A stretch of DNA of 64,000 nt from NCBI RefSeq assembly GCF_964188315.1, contig NC_135662.1, forward strand, positions 30,690,001 to 30,754,000. The letters run 5' to 3'. Positions 11,845-24,512 of the stretch are shown piece by piece. Position 1 is the stretch's first letter; the number at the start of each line of letters is the position of its first letter. A program made the position numbers and the translations under genes. A model generated the notes under the pieces. It saw only the letters and a list, made by a program, of their open reading frames with translations, had not been told where the DNA came from and searched no databases. This DNA comes from Podarcis muralis (lineage: Eukaryota).

Positions 11845-12043
11845 TACGGTTGCCATCCATCTGGAATTTCCCGGACATATCCGGAATACTGCTACCAGCA
11901 GCAATGTCCGGGCAGAAATCGCAGTGTCATTTTTGCTGATTTTCCATAAAAATAGCTCAAAAACGGTAATTTTTTTGCTATTGACAAAAAAGGTCAAGAA
12001 ATTTTCAGTCTGGATTTTCACTGTTTGAAATATGGCAACTCTA
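11845..12043. mobile_element. hAT-like MITE with TAGGGTTGCCA-type TIRs
   Basis: TACGGTTGCCAT ... ATGGCAACTCTA. A related reverse copy lies at about 29515-29680. Confidence 0.65.
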
Positions 12044-12092
12044 GGTTCACAGGATCTTTGCATTTGTGATTTCCCATCCAGTTATGTATATA

Positions 12093-12276
12093 CAGTGGTA
12101 CCTGCGGTTGCGGAAGGGATCTGTTCCAGAGCTCCGGTTAGATCCCGAGGTTTCCTCAACTGGAGGGACCACTTCTGCGCATGCGCACATGTGAAGCCTG
12201 GAAAAATACTTCCGGGTTTGCCTCGTACGTATCCTGAAAGATACGTAACCGGAGGTGAACGTTAGAGGTACCACTG
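12093..12276. mobile_element. Tigger/pogo-like MITE (variant internal sequence)
   Basis: TA|CAGTGGTACCT ... AGGTACCACTG|TA. Confidence 0.85.
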
Positions 12277-13099
12277 TAAGGATACAAGAAGGCTGCCTGT
12301 GTTTTTCACAACTGGTGCTACTTCCATCCCACTCCAATTCAGTTTCTGTCAAGTATTGTCTTGCTGCCCACTATTTAACATACGTTACATAACTTATGTA
12401 ACTATTCATGTAACTTGCATCACTTAATTCATTTCAGTGTAAAAGCGATGTCAAAAGACTTTTTTTTTTAAAAAAAAGTGTATCATTTGACAATTCTAGC
12501 AAACCTTTACTTTATGTAAACCTTCAGCACTTAGGGAAAATGTTGAATAGCTGCCGGGTAATATTATCGTTAAAACTTGGTTCTGGAGGTTTTACTGCTG
12601 AAAACCGAAAGTAATATTGATCGAGTCACAATTAAGCGCTTTAAATCCCCCTTAATTTCAGGGGCAAATTATATAAGAACAAGGTTCAAGAATGAAACAC
12701 TGGAAGTGATTTTAACTGGATACCGCAAACAGGTATATACAGAAAAACATTAGTGGTGACTAAGGCCTGATTTATTATTCTGTTGCTTCCATCAATAACT
12801 TTTGACTAACCTTTGCTTGATTGTGTCCACAATGGGAGTACAGCCTTTTGCTTCCGCTTGAAATTATTCTTACAAGAAAGAATGGCCTCAAGGCACATGA
12901 TGGTGCAAGTTAAGCAGGTTTGGTCCTGTAAGCTGCATAGAGGGAAGACCACTGAGGAGCCAAAAGCTTTCTGTGAACTGTTTGAGGAAAGAGAAGGCAC
13001 GAGAGTAATAAATGAATAAAGAGAGACAATGGACAGTTTTCAACTAAATAATTGTGCAAGCACAACAGCTTGCATTTGTGCAACAGTACTTCTTTCCCC

Positions 13100-13372
13100 C
13101 ACTGGAAGGACAGATCGTGAAGCTGAGGCTCCAATACTTTGGCCACCTCATGAGAAGAGATGACTCCCTGGAAAAGACCCTGATGTTGGGAAAGATGGAG
13201 GGCACAAGGAGAAGGGGACAACAGAGGACCAGATGGTTGGACAGTGTTCCTGAAGCTACCAGCATGAGTTTGACCAAACTGTGGGAGGCAGTGGAAGACA
13301 GGAGTGCCTGGCGTGCTCTGGTCCATGGGGTCACAAAGAGTCGGACACGACTAAACAACAACAATAACAACT
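13100..13372 (+). mobile_element. Bov-B (RTE clade) LINE 3' fragment
   Basis: Encodes LEGQIVKLRLQYFGHLMRRDDSLEKTLMLGKMEG..., the Bov-B ORF end. GAGTCGGACACGACT plus (CAA)n tail. Probable TSD TCTTTCCCC on both sides. Confidence 0.92.
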
Positions 13373-14589
13373 TCTTTCCCCAAATCAGTTTTGGGGGTTG
13401 GAGGAACCCCCAGAACAGATTTAGAGGACACACATGGGAATGAGAGGGGAGAAAGTCCTGCTGTGCAAGTGTACGTTGTTGCAGATGCAGATGTTGCAGT
13501 TGTGCAAATAAATTTCATTCATTCCAATGAGGCATGGAATATGGGAAGTTGCTATAAATCAAGTCATACTATTTGTCCATCTAGTTCAGTATTGTCTACA
13601 CTGATTGGCAGAAGCTCTCCAGGGATTCAGACAGGGGATATCCCCAGCCTTAGCTGGAGATGTTGGTGATTGAACCTTGAACCCCCTCCTCTTCCATTGA
13701 GCTATGGCATACCTTCCAATATGTTGAAGCGAAAAACTAGAATGCCATCTTCTGGGGCTGTGCTCCTGTGAGAGTCACATGACCTGCATAAGATCACGGC
13801 CCTGAAAGAGTGCTTTTTCAGGTTCATGCTCTCATATGAGAGCACAGCACCTCAAAATGAGCATTTTGGGGCACCATGTGAGATCGCAAGCCCAAAAAAG
13901 TGCTTTTTGGGGGTGAGATCAGAGTCCCTAAAATGGCCACCATGCTCTCATGTGAAAAAAACCTGGTACTGTTTTAATTAAGTGATGAAACTTTAAAAAA
14001 AAAACGAGGGGGAGCACAGAGAGGAATCAGTTGCTTCTTTCAACAATTCCTTGAAAAAGAGCAGGGTGTTAAAACAAACCTCCTGCTTTTATTTTCAAAA
14101 GTGGAAAGGGGTGGGAGGGGGAGAGGAACTCAGGAGCCAAATATAATCTCTCCATTAGTATTATTAATAGCATTCGGCTTGCTTCACATGCTTTAAATCA
14201 GGTGGCATTGTCATGAGCATTGTATTTGCAAGCACTGTCGGAGCTACTGAAGACTCTGGTAAAAGCACAGAAGTACCTTCAGAGCAACTGCAAGAGGCCT
14301 TTGGGGAACAATAGGGTTACCTACAGTGCGCCAAGATATTAGGGGGAAAGCCCAACAAGTTGCGCTATTATCCTTCGATGGCTGCATACTGCTTGACCCA
14401 GCTTCATTTTAACAAGCGCTGAAATCAGTTCACAATCATGCGATTCTCTCCCTCTGCACCCCCTCCAGTTTTGCTTTGGTATGGCTAATTTGCACCGTGT
14501 TCAGATTCCAGGGGGTGCTTCTTATTTTTGGTGCTGCCTCCCAACCCCCGCTCTGCTTCACCCCTCACTTTCCATCTGAATGTCTGTTT

Positions 14590-15120
14590 TTAGGAAAGAG
14601 AAACTCTGAGAATTATTTAATTATTGCCAATGTATATCTCTGTCAAGATAATTAAGTAGAAAGAGGCCCTTGGCAGGAAGACAATAGCAAGAAGTAACGC
14701 AAGAATTTGGAAACAATGGTAAGAGTGTCATTAGTCCCATAAAATTCTCCAGGCTTGTCGGAATCATTCAGCACAAACAATGTGGGACGCCGTTATAAAA
14801 GCCTTGTCTAACTAGGAAGTAATTTCTGTTTGGAGTTTGCTGGGTTGTTTTGTTAATTAATCTCCTCAAGGTTGGTTGCCTTGTTGAATAAAAATGCATT
14901 TAGCATGCTGCGTGGATGCTTTGCACCGTACTGGGCAAGCAGGACTCACGTTGCATTAGTCTACATTGCCACAAGAGAGCCATGGGCAAGAGGACAATGA
15001 ATGAGGCAGCTGGGTAATTAATCACAATCCTGCTTTCCAATAATGTATCCCTCCGTATTTTATATTCCAGAAAGCTTAAACAAAAAAATCACCTAAATTT
15101 TCCTTTTGGCCTCTTGTAGG
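14590..15120. promoter_or_regulatory. Candidate enhancer / conserved non-coding element
   Basis: Transposon-free block with SOX-type AACAATG (14712, 14776), HOX/CDX-type CCATAAAA (14737) and repeated TAATTA. Conservation is inferred, not shown. Confidence 0.4.
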
Positions 15121-15851
15121 TCCTTTTGTCTTCTTCCATTGGAACACAACCTTTCAAGCTCTGTTCAGTTTATATCACAGCTACGCATAGCAAAAAGCAA
15201 GTGGTACATCCAAAATAACATACTACAATTTGAGTGTTCCAGCTGAGTTTTTAATTAATTTTTTTAATGAGTGTTTTGATTTATTTTTATCCCCCTTTTC
15301 TGCTCAATCTCATAAAATGGAGCACAGCAAACCAAACCAAGTTGGTATACTAAAAACAAAAAGGCAATATTAAAATGATAACCTATAAATTATAAGAGAG
15401 TACCCAATTGGTATGAATGCCTGCAGAACAGAGGAGGGGAATCTCTTTCAGCTGGGGGCCACATTTCCTCGTGGGCAACCTTCAGTTGCCTGCATGCCAG
15501 TGGTGGGTGGGGCAAGAGGCAACAAGTGAGTGAAGCAATGGATCCACAGATTCAGAGGGTACTATGCAACTCTTCATAGTGGCAAGTAAGAGGTACTATG
15601 AGAGTTCCAGATTTGCAAAAGCTCATTGGGAGTACAGATCAGGGCCAGTGAGTGCTCAGCCTGGGAACAGCCTTGAAGGCCAGATAAAGAGGCATGGAGG
15701 TCTGCACGTGGTTCTCCATCCCATCCGTATAAGAAGTTGTAGGAATTTGCTACAATAGACAGGCAGTTTTACCTTCTGAAACACCAATTTAAAACATCCG
15801 TCTCAATGCCTGGATCAACAGCCAAGTGAGTTATTTCAAAAACATTTCTAG

Positions 15852-16073
15852 CAGAGCTGGCCCTACTATTAGGCATCGTGAGGTAGCTGCCTCAGATTGC
15901 AGAGGATGGACACAGCTGTGGACTCAGCCTTCCCTCTTCTCCCTAAGCTGGCAGCTATCCTCAGCTGCAGCAAGGAACACTGTATGCCAGTCTGGTCAGC
16001 TTCTGTACATGGAATAGGCCAAGGTACCATCTTGTTCTTTGCCTCAGGCAGCAAAATGTATTGGGCTGGCCCA
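15852..16073. mobile_element. Degenerate hAT (Tip100-like) MITE
   Basis: CAGAGCTGGCCC ... GGGCTGGCCCAG termini. A related piece lies at about 62663-62760. Confidence 0.55.
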
Positions 16074-16121
16074 GTAACAGAAGAGATCCAATTGAGAACA
16101 GGCCATCACACAAAACAATTA

Positions 16122-16363
16122 CAGTGGTACCTCAGGTTACCTACGCTTCAGGTTACATACACTTCACGTTACAGACTCCGCTAACCCAGAAATAGTACCT
16201 CAGGTTAAGAACTTTGCTTCAGGATGAGAACAGAAATCGTGCTCCAGCGGCGTGGCATCAGCAGGAGGCCCTATTAGCTAAAGTGGTGCTTCAGGTTAAG
16301 AACAGTTTCAGGTTAAGTATGGAGCTCCGTAACGAATTAAGTACTTAACCTGAGGTGCCACTG
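16122..16363. mobile_element. Tigger/pogo-like MITE, main family
   Basis: TA|CAGTGGTACCTCAGGTTA ... TAACCTGAGGTGCCACTG|TA. The internal sequence is shared with four other copies. Confidence 0.9.
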
Positions 16364-19300
16364 TATCAACCACCATGTCCCTCATTCTCCATTTGGCCAG
16401 TAAAGGTCGGGGAGGGGGGCAAATTCTGACAAATATAACTACATCTGCTTAACTATACCCCATATGGCTTACTGATTTCTTAGCTATGCAGACTGAGGGG
16501 AAATATTTTTAAAACAACAGAAAATTGTAAAAAAAAGAAAAGAAAAAGGAATAGCCTCTCTCTATTTGTGTCTTTGAGAAACAATGCGAATTACCATCTT
16601 AAGGAGAACAAGACACACTTTAGTCCTCTGTAGGAAGGGCAAATGAACTGATAACAAACAAGAGGCTGGAAGAAAGGTCCCATGGTTTTGGAGAGGAGGC
16701 TTGTACATGAAGATGTGTGGCTGAAAATCATTTTGCCTGTATTCATGCAGTGGGGGCCCAAGTATGTCATATACAAAAACTAGCAAAAAGGAGCCCAGTT
16801 CACTTGAAGGGAAATTATGAAGGGGTAGATTAATACTCCTTGGTCCCTGGGCCCCAAACCTACCCGTAGAAATCCCTTGCAATTGAAGTACCAAATCATG
16901 ATTATGTAGCAATATATTAAACATTTCAACCGCATTGATTGCATTGCTATTAAAAGATGAACCTTTTAATTATCCATGAAAAGTGTCTGGTAATTCGCAC
17001 TGCCTAGATATTTGAGATGAAATGGAGTATGCAAGGGAATTTGAGTTTGCAAAGGGCTGCTTCTTCTTTTTTAGCAGAGATCACTGGGCCTGCCCCTACG
17101 GGACCTCTTGTTAACCAATCCTTCATGTTACTTCCCTGCAGATAGAAGCCCAGCTCTAGAAATTGAGTTCCTCAATATAAAAGAGAAAGCAATAAATATT
17201 TCTCCATCCATAAAGAGATTGTATTCTTTTGTACAAATGCTAAAAGTGAGATCATCCAGGCAGATGTTACCTCTGTAATTAAGATCACTGAAGAGCATTC
17301 TCAGAGTAAATAATGGAATTTGTTTTATTATGCTAATTCCTCATCTTTAAAGAACCTAGCTATAGATTTTAAGTCCACTGATAGCTAAGGAAACTTTGCT
17401 GTAGATATGCATGAATTCAGTTTCTAAACGTGAGCACCAGGGAGAGCTTCACCTTGCATGGAAACAATTCCATTTCAAATATGCAGGATGGAATTGTTGG
17501 GCAATTGCTTTTTCTTACCGAGATTTAAGAAGTTCAGATCCCACTATTTCCTTCCCCGTCTTGCACTGGAAAGGCTAACCCTCTCTCCTGAAAGCTGAAA
17601 TGTTCGTAGGAAGCTGTACGTGCAAAAAGAGTGCATTTCTCTCCCAGTCCACAAGCTGTACCTGGCTTGTGCATAGAGATAACAGCTTCAGTCCCTGTTG
17701 CTTCCAGTCTGCATTTTCTCGAGATGACTTAATTCATCACAAACAGAGGAAGCAATAAAAAATGGGAGAAGCAAGTTCTGCAGCACGGACATAAAATGCA
17801 TCTTTTATATATTCAAATTCATATCCAGTTGTAGGAAATATTCATGACTAATATTAAACTAAGCCCAGAATTAGGTGAAATGCAACAGACATATATTGAA
17901 GTGAGCATTTTATTATGTGCCATGTCAGTCAGATTAAACAAAAGAGCGCATGACATCGACAGGATATTGCATGTATATCAAGCAATCTATTTATATATGA
18001 CAGGGAGGGTTTGATTTCTGGAAAGAGTGACAACCCAGTGAAGTAACTGCTCGCCTTCGAAATTACGATAGGATAAAATGTGTTCACTTTAGAATGTGAT
18101 TTTCTTCTTCTTCAAAATTACAATTAACAAAATGGGGATAAATAGGTTTGAGAATCAATAGTGGCATGCAGAATAAGGAAAGAAGAACTAATCTGCAGAG
18201 ATGCAGAAAGGTGACCGGGTGTCTTCAGCACCCAAACTCTGGGGGCAGGGCGGGTGATGGATAGGACCAGCAACAACAAAAAAATGTCTCTGAGAAATAT
18301 TCCAGTGAAGGTAATTCAGTACTGAGCAGTGGTGAGCTTGTCTCAAATGGAACAATTGGGAAGTTAGGATGTTCTTTACTGCACACCTAAGAATACAGTA
18401 GGCTGGGGGTAGCCATTAGCACCAACGACAAATCACAAAACAAGTCTGATTTTGAGCAAAGAAGTGCTGGTGTTTCTGTGGCCTCAGTGCTGTCTGGTAT
18501 TCCTTCGGCCAATGCTTTGTTACATTCATATTTCTGCTCCTTTAGTTTCTTCCCTGGTGTAGCACTGAGTAAACAATTGAGGAAATAGAGGCCCGACTGT
18601 TGCTAACGTTGGGCAATTACAGCATCATTTCTCTCCCTCCCCCTGTTCTTCTTCTTCTTCTTCTTTCCTCCCCCCGCCCCCCCTCGCTCCCCTCCCAAAG
18701 TGGCCTTTGCTGGGTGAAAAATGAAATAGAAAAAGAGAGGCAGAAAAGAACTAAAGCTGAACCCGCTAACTTCATTACCTGCAAAGATAAAGTGCAGTGA
18801 AACAGAAACTCTTTGAGTTCACAATCATTACACTTGGATGCTTATACAAGGCGCTGGGATGAGGGGAAAAGAAAAATCAGTGGTCAATTGACTTTATTTC
18901 CTTTTCTAGAATGATAATTTGTATAACTCATATATGTTTCCAAGATTATCTGAGCAGAGCACACAGGGCCCATCTGACAAGCAGTCCATAAAATATGTTA
19001 AATGAGAAACGCAGAGATTCCACGCAGGATGCATTCAAGCTGCATTCTCCAAGCCGTAATGAGAGTGACGGGAGTCAAATATGCCCCCTCTGCTATTCTT
19101 TTGCAAGAGAATGCGGCAGTTTCCAGGCCGTACATTTGGGGGAGCTGCAGGACAGAAGCAATCAGCGCTGGCTTTCTACATCAGTAATTTCCAACTGTAT
19201 TTCCTCATAACCTTTCCTTCTTTGTTCAAACGGGAACTTCCATTTTAAATTGCAATCTATGACTTTTGAAACGGATGTTAAAGCCTCTTGCTGGCAAATT

Positions 19301-19985
19301 CTTCTGGTTGATTTTCTTCAGCGGCTGCTTCCACTTCTCGCTGTTTTTTATGCCCCCTCCAAAAAAAAAAAAAAATCACAGGAGAGTTATGTGGAGATGA
19401 AGGTGCCAAGGTTTTTAAGGTGACAACCCCCCGCCCTTTTCCCCTACCCCAGTTTGGGTGAGGTAGCTGAGAAGATTATGTATTTATAAAATGCTAAACT
19501 AATGTTGAAATTCAATATGTTAGCTGCTTAGAAACAGGGATTAGATTCACTCCACAATACAGTGTTTGCATCTAGTCAGAAGACTTGTGATTTTCAAACC
19601 TCACTCTCCTTTAAGCTTAATTACTTGTGGCTTTGTAATGCATATGCTACGATCACCTTACTCTTTTGGTGGCATTATCAGAGTATTACAACAAGCGATG
19701 ACCCAGATGCAGGAGCTGCTATATTATAAGATCAAAAGCTGATGATACAAGGAAACAACATTATCAGCAAGTACCACGTTTTTAAAATAATCCTAACAAC
19801 AATTATTTATCAAAACACAAATACTGCTCTATAATTTGTTAACAGCAGGTCAAATCCAGCTTTATATTATTCCCTATTAATCATGGCTTATTATTTTGAG
19901 AAACAAGCTTTTGTGGGATAAGATATCCTAATAAGTTTCCAAGTGGGTGGAAATGTGGCTTCTGCACCCCTCAAATTGACTAGAT

Positions 19986-20278
19986 CAGGGGTCCCCAAAC
20001 TGTGACCTTGCAAGCTTCATTCAGGTGGATCATGAGCATGTCTGTGGATTTGTGGCTGAGGAAAGCGGATGGCACAACCAATTTGGATTCTATGGACTAC
20101 AATAAAATAAGAATATATAAGACAATATATAAGAAATAAAATAAGCAACAAAAGTACAATAAAAAGTCATACACCATCTAGCACAGTGCAATACAGACAG
20201 AAAAATCACTAAGGAGTCTGCCAAGACCCTCAGCAATTTTCAAGTGATCTGTGGAGAAAAAAAGTTTGGGAAGCACTG
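19986..20278. mobile_element. hAT-Charlie-like non-autonomous element
   Basis: CAGGGGTCCCCAAAC ... GTTTGGGAAGCACTG. The 8-bp flanks GACTAGAT / AACTAGAC resemble the NTCTAGAN Charlie target. Confidence 0.75.
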
Positions 20279-22357
20279 AACTAGACAGAGACGAGCTGAA
20301 AATTTTGCCCACTTTTTTTTGACCATTCATCTAGGGCAAAATGAAACTCCTGCAAAAGAAACCCCACCCAATTTCAAGGGATATTGCCACTTACCTTCCT
20401 TAACATGAGGAGGCTGAAGGCTCTGGCTAGCTTTGTTCAGCCACTGAGTCTGTGTCCCTGCCCTGGTGGTTGGAGGAGGAGGAAGAGGTACAGGGCCAGG
20501 ACAGTGGAAGCTGAAGGATGGCCGAAGCCCCAGGACCACCAGGCACCAAGGTTGTGACCCTGCGGGAGAAAGTGGCCATGCTGGAGGCACTGCTGGGCCC
20601 CTGTCAGTCATTTGGAGTGGGAGAGGAAGCTGGACCTCAAAGCCCAGACCATTTTCATCTGGGGAATGTTGGAGTGTATTGTCATTTACCTTGAGTCACA
20701 GAAATATACACAGAATTGTAAACCGTGAAGTCAGGTGGAAATTAAATGCATAAAAGTACAGACAGTCATAATTATGTAATAATTGGCTCCTCGATCTATG
20801 GCTACTCTACCACCTCAGAAATCTTACCATCTCATCCTACTACATGTGGAAACCATGTCTTAGCTTCCCCACAAAATGGCATCTAGATTTGGACCTCATC
20901 AAAACAGCCTTAAATTAAGCAATGATGAAGGAAGTGTGGCCAGATGCACAGAAATAAAAATCTTTCCCCGCATCTTTACAACTCTATGAAGAGAAAAAGT
21001 GACGCTGGTGAAACCCTTGCTACTGTTCAGCTCTTAGAATTACAGAATTTGTCTGTGCCTGGTAAACCCTAAAGAGGTAGAAAGACATAACAGGCAATGA
21101 AGAAAGGAAATTGAAGGAAATGAACTATTCAGCAAAAGGAAGGCATGAAACACTTTGATCCAGGTCAGGTCTGGGATGGTCCAAGGAAAAGGCAAATCTA
21201 CCAATTTCAGTTTCTCTGTTTCTCATTTTTCCATTTTAAATTCAGTTCTTCACATTTCCCATCAGTTTGCGAATTGTTTCAAAAGAGAATAATGGAAATT
21301 CACAATTCCAGTGCAAATTTCTCCCAGTATGCACATTCTTCATATGCAATTTTACCTAGTGTACCTATTTTTGCAAAGCAATTTTCCCTAACATAATGCA
21401 TTTTTGTATGTTCTTTGCATGAATATATGCATTTTCATGTACCCTAGTGTTTGCATTTTTTTACATGTTACTTAGATGGAGAACATATCACAAAATTCAG
21501 AAAAGTGCAAATTATAAATAATGAGTCTCTCAGTTTGCATATTGTATCAGAAATAATATTAATTAAATAGATACAATTCTATGATTCTATGGATCTATGT
21601 TGGCTACTCTAGGTCTGGGCCATGGAGAAAGCAAGGACACTTATACAACTGAGCCAAATCATACACTGAAGAAAAAGACAATGTATACAAATCATTTTTA
21701 AGTTCCATTGACCTCTAATTATGGGATGGCTTCTGTTGAGTCCAAGTTTAAGCTTCTGTGAAATTTCACTACACAAAAAGCTGGATTTGAAGGAACAGAC
21801 ACCAGTCCATTTCTCACACCCTTAACATTTTGTTTTGATTAATTATAAATGAGTGTGAGATAAACTGATGCAAAGGCCAATAAGTTTAATTAAAAAGGCA
21901 CCATCAAAACAAATGCTAAGTAGTACAACAACACATGGAATCCATGCTATAAGTACAGCAGAACAGACAAAACCTATTCACTGAGCCAGGCCACATTCTC
22001 TGCTGAAAGGTTTGGAAAATGTCTTTGCCTAGCACTGAAAAGATAAAATGAGCACCTGAAAAGGCTCCGTGAAGAGGTTACTCCACCAACATGGTGCCAC
22101 AGCTGAAAAGTCCCTGTCTCTGGTTACCACCAACCTACTTTCAGGACCTACAGAGGAGCATCAGCTAATAAACACAGTGTTTGGGCAGGTTCTTGTTATG
22201 CCTAGGAAAGGCATCTTAAGGTAGAATCTAATTTAGCTGAAAGAAAACCAGAATAGAAGCCACTAGTTTTGCAGCAGAGAAAATCCTGTACTTGATTCCT
22301 CAGGACCAAACTGTGTGTGTATAATTGTTCAAATTACACTGATATTATCTCCAATTA

Positions 22358-23087
22358 GGGACGCGGGTGGCACTGTGGTCTAAACCACAGAGCCTAGGGC
22401 TTGCCGATCGGAAGGTCGGCAGTTCAAATCCCCATGACGGGGTGAGCTCCTCTTGATCGGTCCCAGCTCCTGCCCAGCTAGCAGTTCGAAAGCACGTCAA
22501 AGTACAAGTAGATAAACAGGTATCGCTCCGTCGGGAAGGTAAATGGCGTTTCCATGCGCTGCTCTGGTTCGCCAGAAGCGGCTTAGTCATGCTGGCTACA
22601 TGACCCGGAAGCTGTCTGTGGACAAAAACCGGCTCCCTTGGCCTATAGAGCGAGATGAGCGTGCAACCCCAGAGCCATCCATGACTGAACCTAACAGTCA
22701 GGGGTACCTTTACTTTTAGTAAAGGTAAAGGTACCCCTGCCCGTACGGGCCAGTCTTGCCAGACTCTAGGGTTGTGCGCTCATCTCACTCTATAGGCCAG
22801 GAGCCAGCGCTGTCCGCAGACACTTCCGGGTCACGTGGCCAGCGTGACAAGCTGCATCTGGCGAGCCAGCGCAGCACACGGAACGCCGTTTACCTTCCCG
22901 CTGGTAAGCGGTCCCTATTTATCTACTTGCACCCGGGGGTGCTTTCGAACTGCTAGGTTGGCAGGCGCTGGGACCGAACGACGGGAGCGCACCCCGCCGC
23001 GGGGATTTGAACTGCCGACCATGTGATCAGCAAGTCCTAGGCGCTGAGGTTTTACCCACAGCACCACCCGCGTCCCTCACCTTTACC
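22358..23087 (+). mobile_element. Sauria SINE (body 22358-22712, interrupted tail resumes 23077-23087)
   Basis: GGGACGCGGGTGGCACTGTGG head. TSD TATCTCCAATT at 22346-22356 and 23088-23098 encloses both this SINE and the inverted copy. Confidence 0.92.
22719..23076 (-). mobile_element. Sauria SINE, different subfamily, nested in the tail of the previous copy
   Basis: Reverse-complement SINE from the GTAAAGGTAAAGGTACCCC tail to the CACCCGCGTCCC head, with a distinct internal sequence. Confidence 0.92.
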
Positions 23088-24379
23088 TATCTCCAATTGG
23101 TGGGTGGAGACAGATACCTTTATTTTATCTTATGCCCCATAGCTGCTGTGGAGTGATTTCTGTGGGGAAATAGTTTAGAGGGACAACCTCCTCACAATGG
23201 CTTTTAGTGCCAAAATATGTGATCAGGTCTTCTGGTTCACGTATTGCTTGGCCCTCAGCCACTGCTAATGATAGTGGTGTCTACAACACTTGCTTAACTG
23301 GTTTGAGAAATAAGCAATGAATCTAACAGCTCAGCAAAATGTTGAGGGGGGGGGGAAACCCCTATCCTGACCTGCATCTCTGATGATGCAGAGGCAGGAA
23401 AATAAATAAACTTTGCTTGCTTGGAGGAAGGAAAGAAGGGAGAAAGAAAGAACTCTCCTTTCTTGTGTCTTTTTTTTACTGGTAGAGGAGTTCAGTCCTT
23501 TCTGCAAGGTGGGGGGCATGATCTAGTCAAAGTGATGTTCCTTTAAGTCCCACTGAAAAGGAACAAAAGAGTTAAGTATGAGCTTGAATTTCTCTCATTG
23601 AAATCACCGCTGTGTGAAACTGCTTAACTTTGCCTGGATTGTGTCCAAATATTTCCCCCTCCCCTGCATAGCAGCAGCTGTTCAATAAGACACATTAGAG
23701 AATCAGCGCAGTGAATGCAAGTATTCCCATTGGCTTCCATAAATATATACACAAATATGCTGTTAATATCGGTCACTAAGTCAAGTCAAACCAAACTTTC
23801 ACCACATTAGCAGAGTGGAACACTAGAAATAAGACATGTAACTTTTGGATTAATGAACTAAGTTTCAGGAGAAAGTATGTCTTTCTGACACAGGAACTGG
23901 AGAATATTAGAACAGAAACTGGGGTAGGAGGAGGAGGGGAAACAGCATATTGCTAAATTGTGGAACTCACTCCCTCAGGAGAAAATGATGGCCACCAAGT
24001 TGAATGGCTTCAAAAGAATATTGGACAAATTTATGGAGAATAAGGCTATTGATGACTACTAGCCATGATGGGTATGCTTGGTCTCAATCGTTGGAAAGAG
24101 TAATAGTTCCATATACCATTTGCAGGAAGAGGAGAGAGTACTCTTGTACTTAGGTCCTGTTTAATGTGTGATGCAGTGTGTCAGAGACAGCACTGAAGCT
24201 TAAGCTAAGAAGTTTCCCACAGATCCAACAGGCATGTTATTGGCCAATGTGAGAACAGGATGCCGAACTAGATGGACGACTGACCTGATCCAGCAGTCTC
24301 TTCTTACATTCTTAAGAGAGAATCCTGGGATTTCATGAAACCATTCTGTGGTTTGAGCAGAATTGTACAATACAACATA

Positions 24380-24512
24380 CAGGTAGACAAGGCTTTTTTC
24401 AGGCGGAACTCAGTTCCAGCACTTCTCAGGTGAGTGCCATTGCCATTCTAAGAGAACGAAGGAGGTGTTCATGGTGAGTTACAGCATCTCTTTTTCTAGA
24501 AAAATAGCACTG
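24380..24512. mobile_element. Degenerate hAT-like MITE fragment
   Basis: CTTTTTTCAGGCGGAACTCAGTTCC ... TTTTTCTAGAAAAATAGCACTG. Family recognised from memory only. Confidence 0.45.

Noticed and set aside
13750-13965. Palindromic repeats with spacers, superficially CRISPR-like
   Set aside because: Eukaryotic context, degenerate repeats, repetitive spacers and no cas genes.
22358-22430. tRNA-like A/B boxes as tRNA genes (also at 209, 28050, 44909, 53335, 57815)
   Set aside because: They are SINE heads followed by SINE bodies, with no complete cloverleaf.
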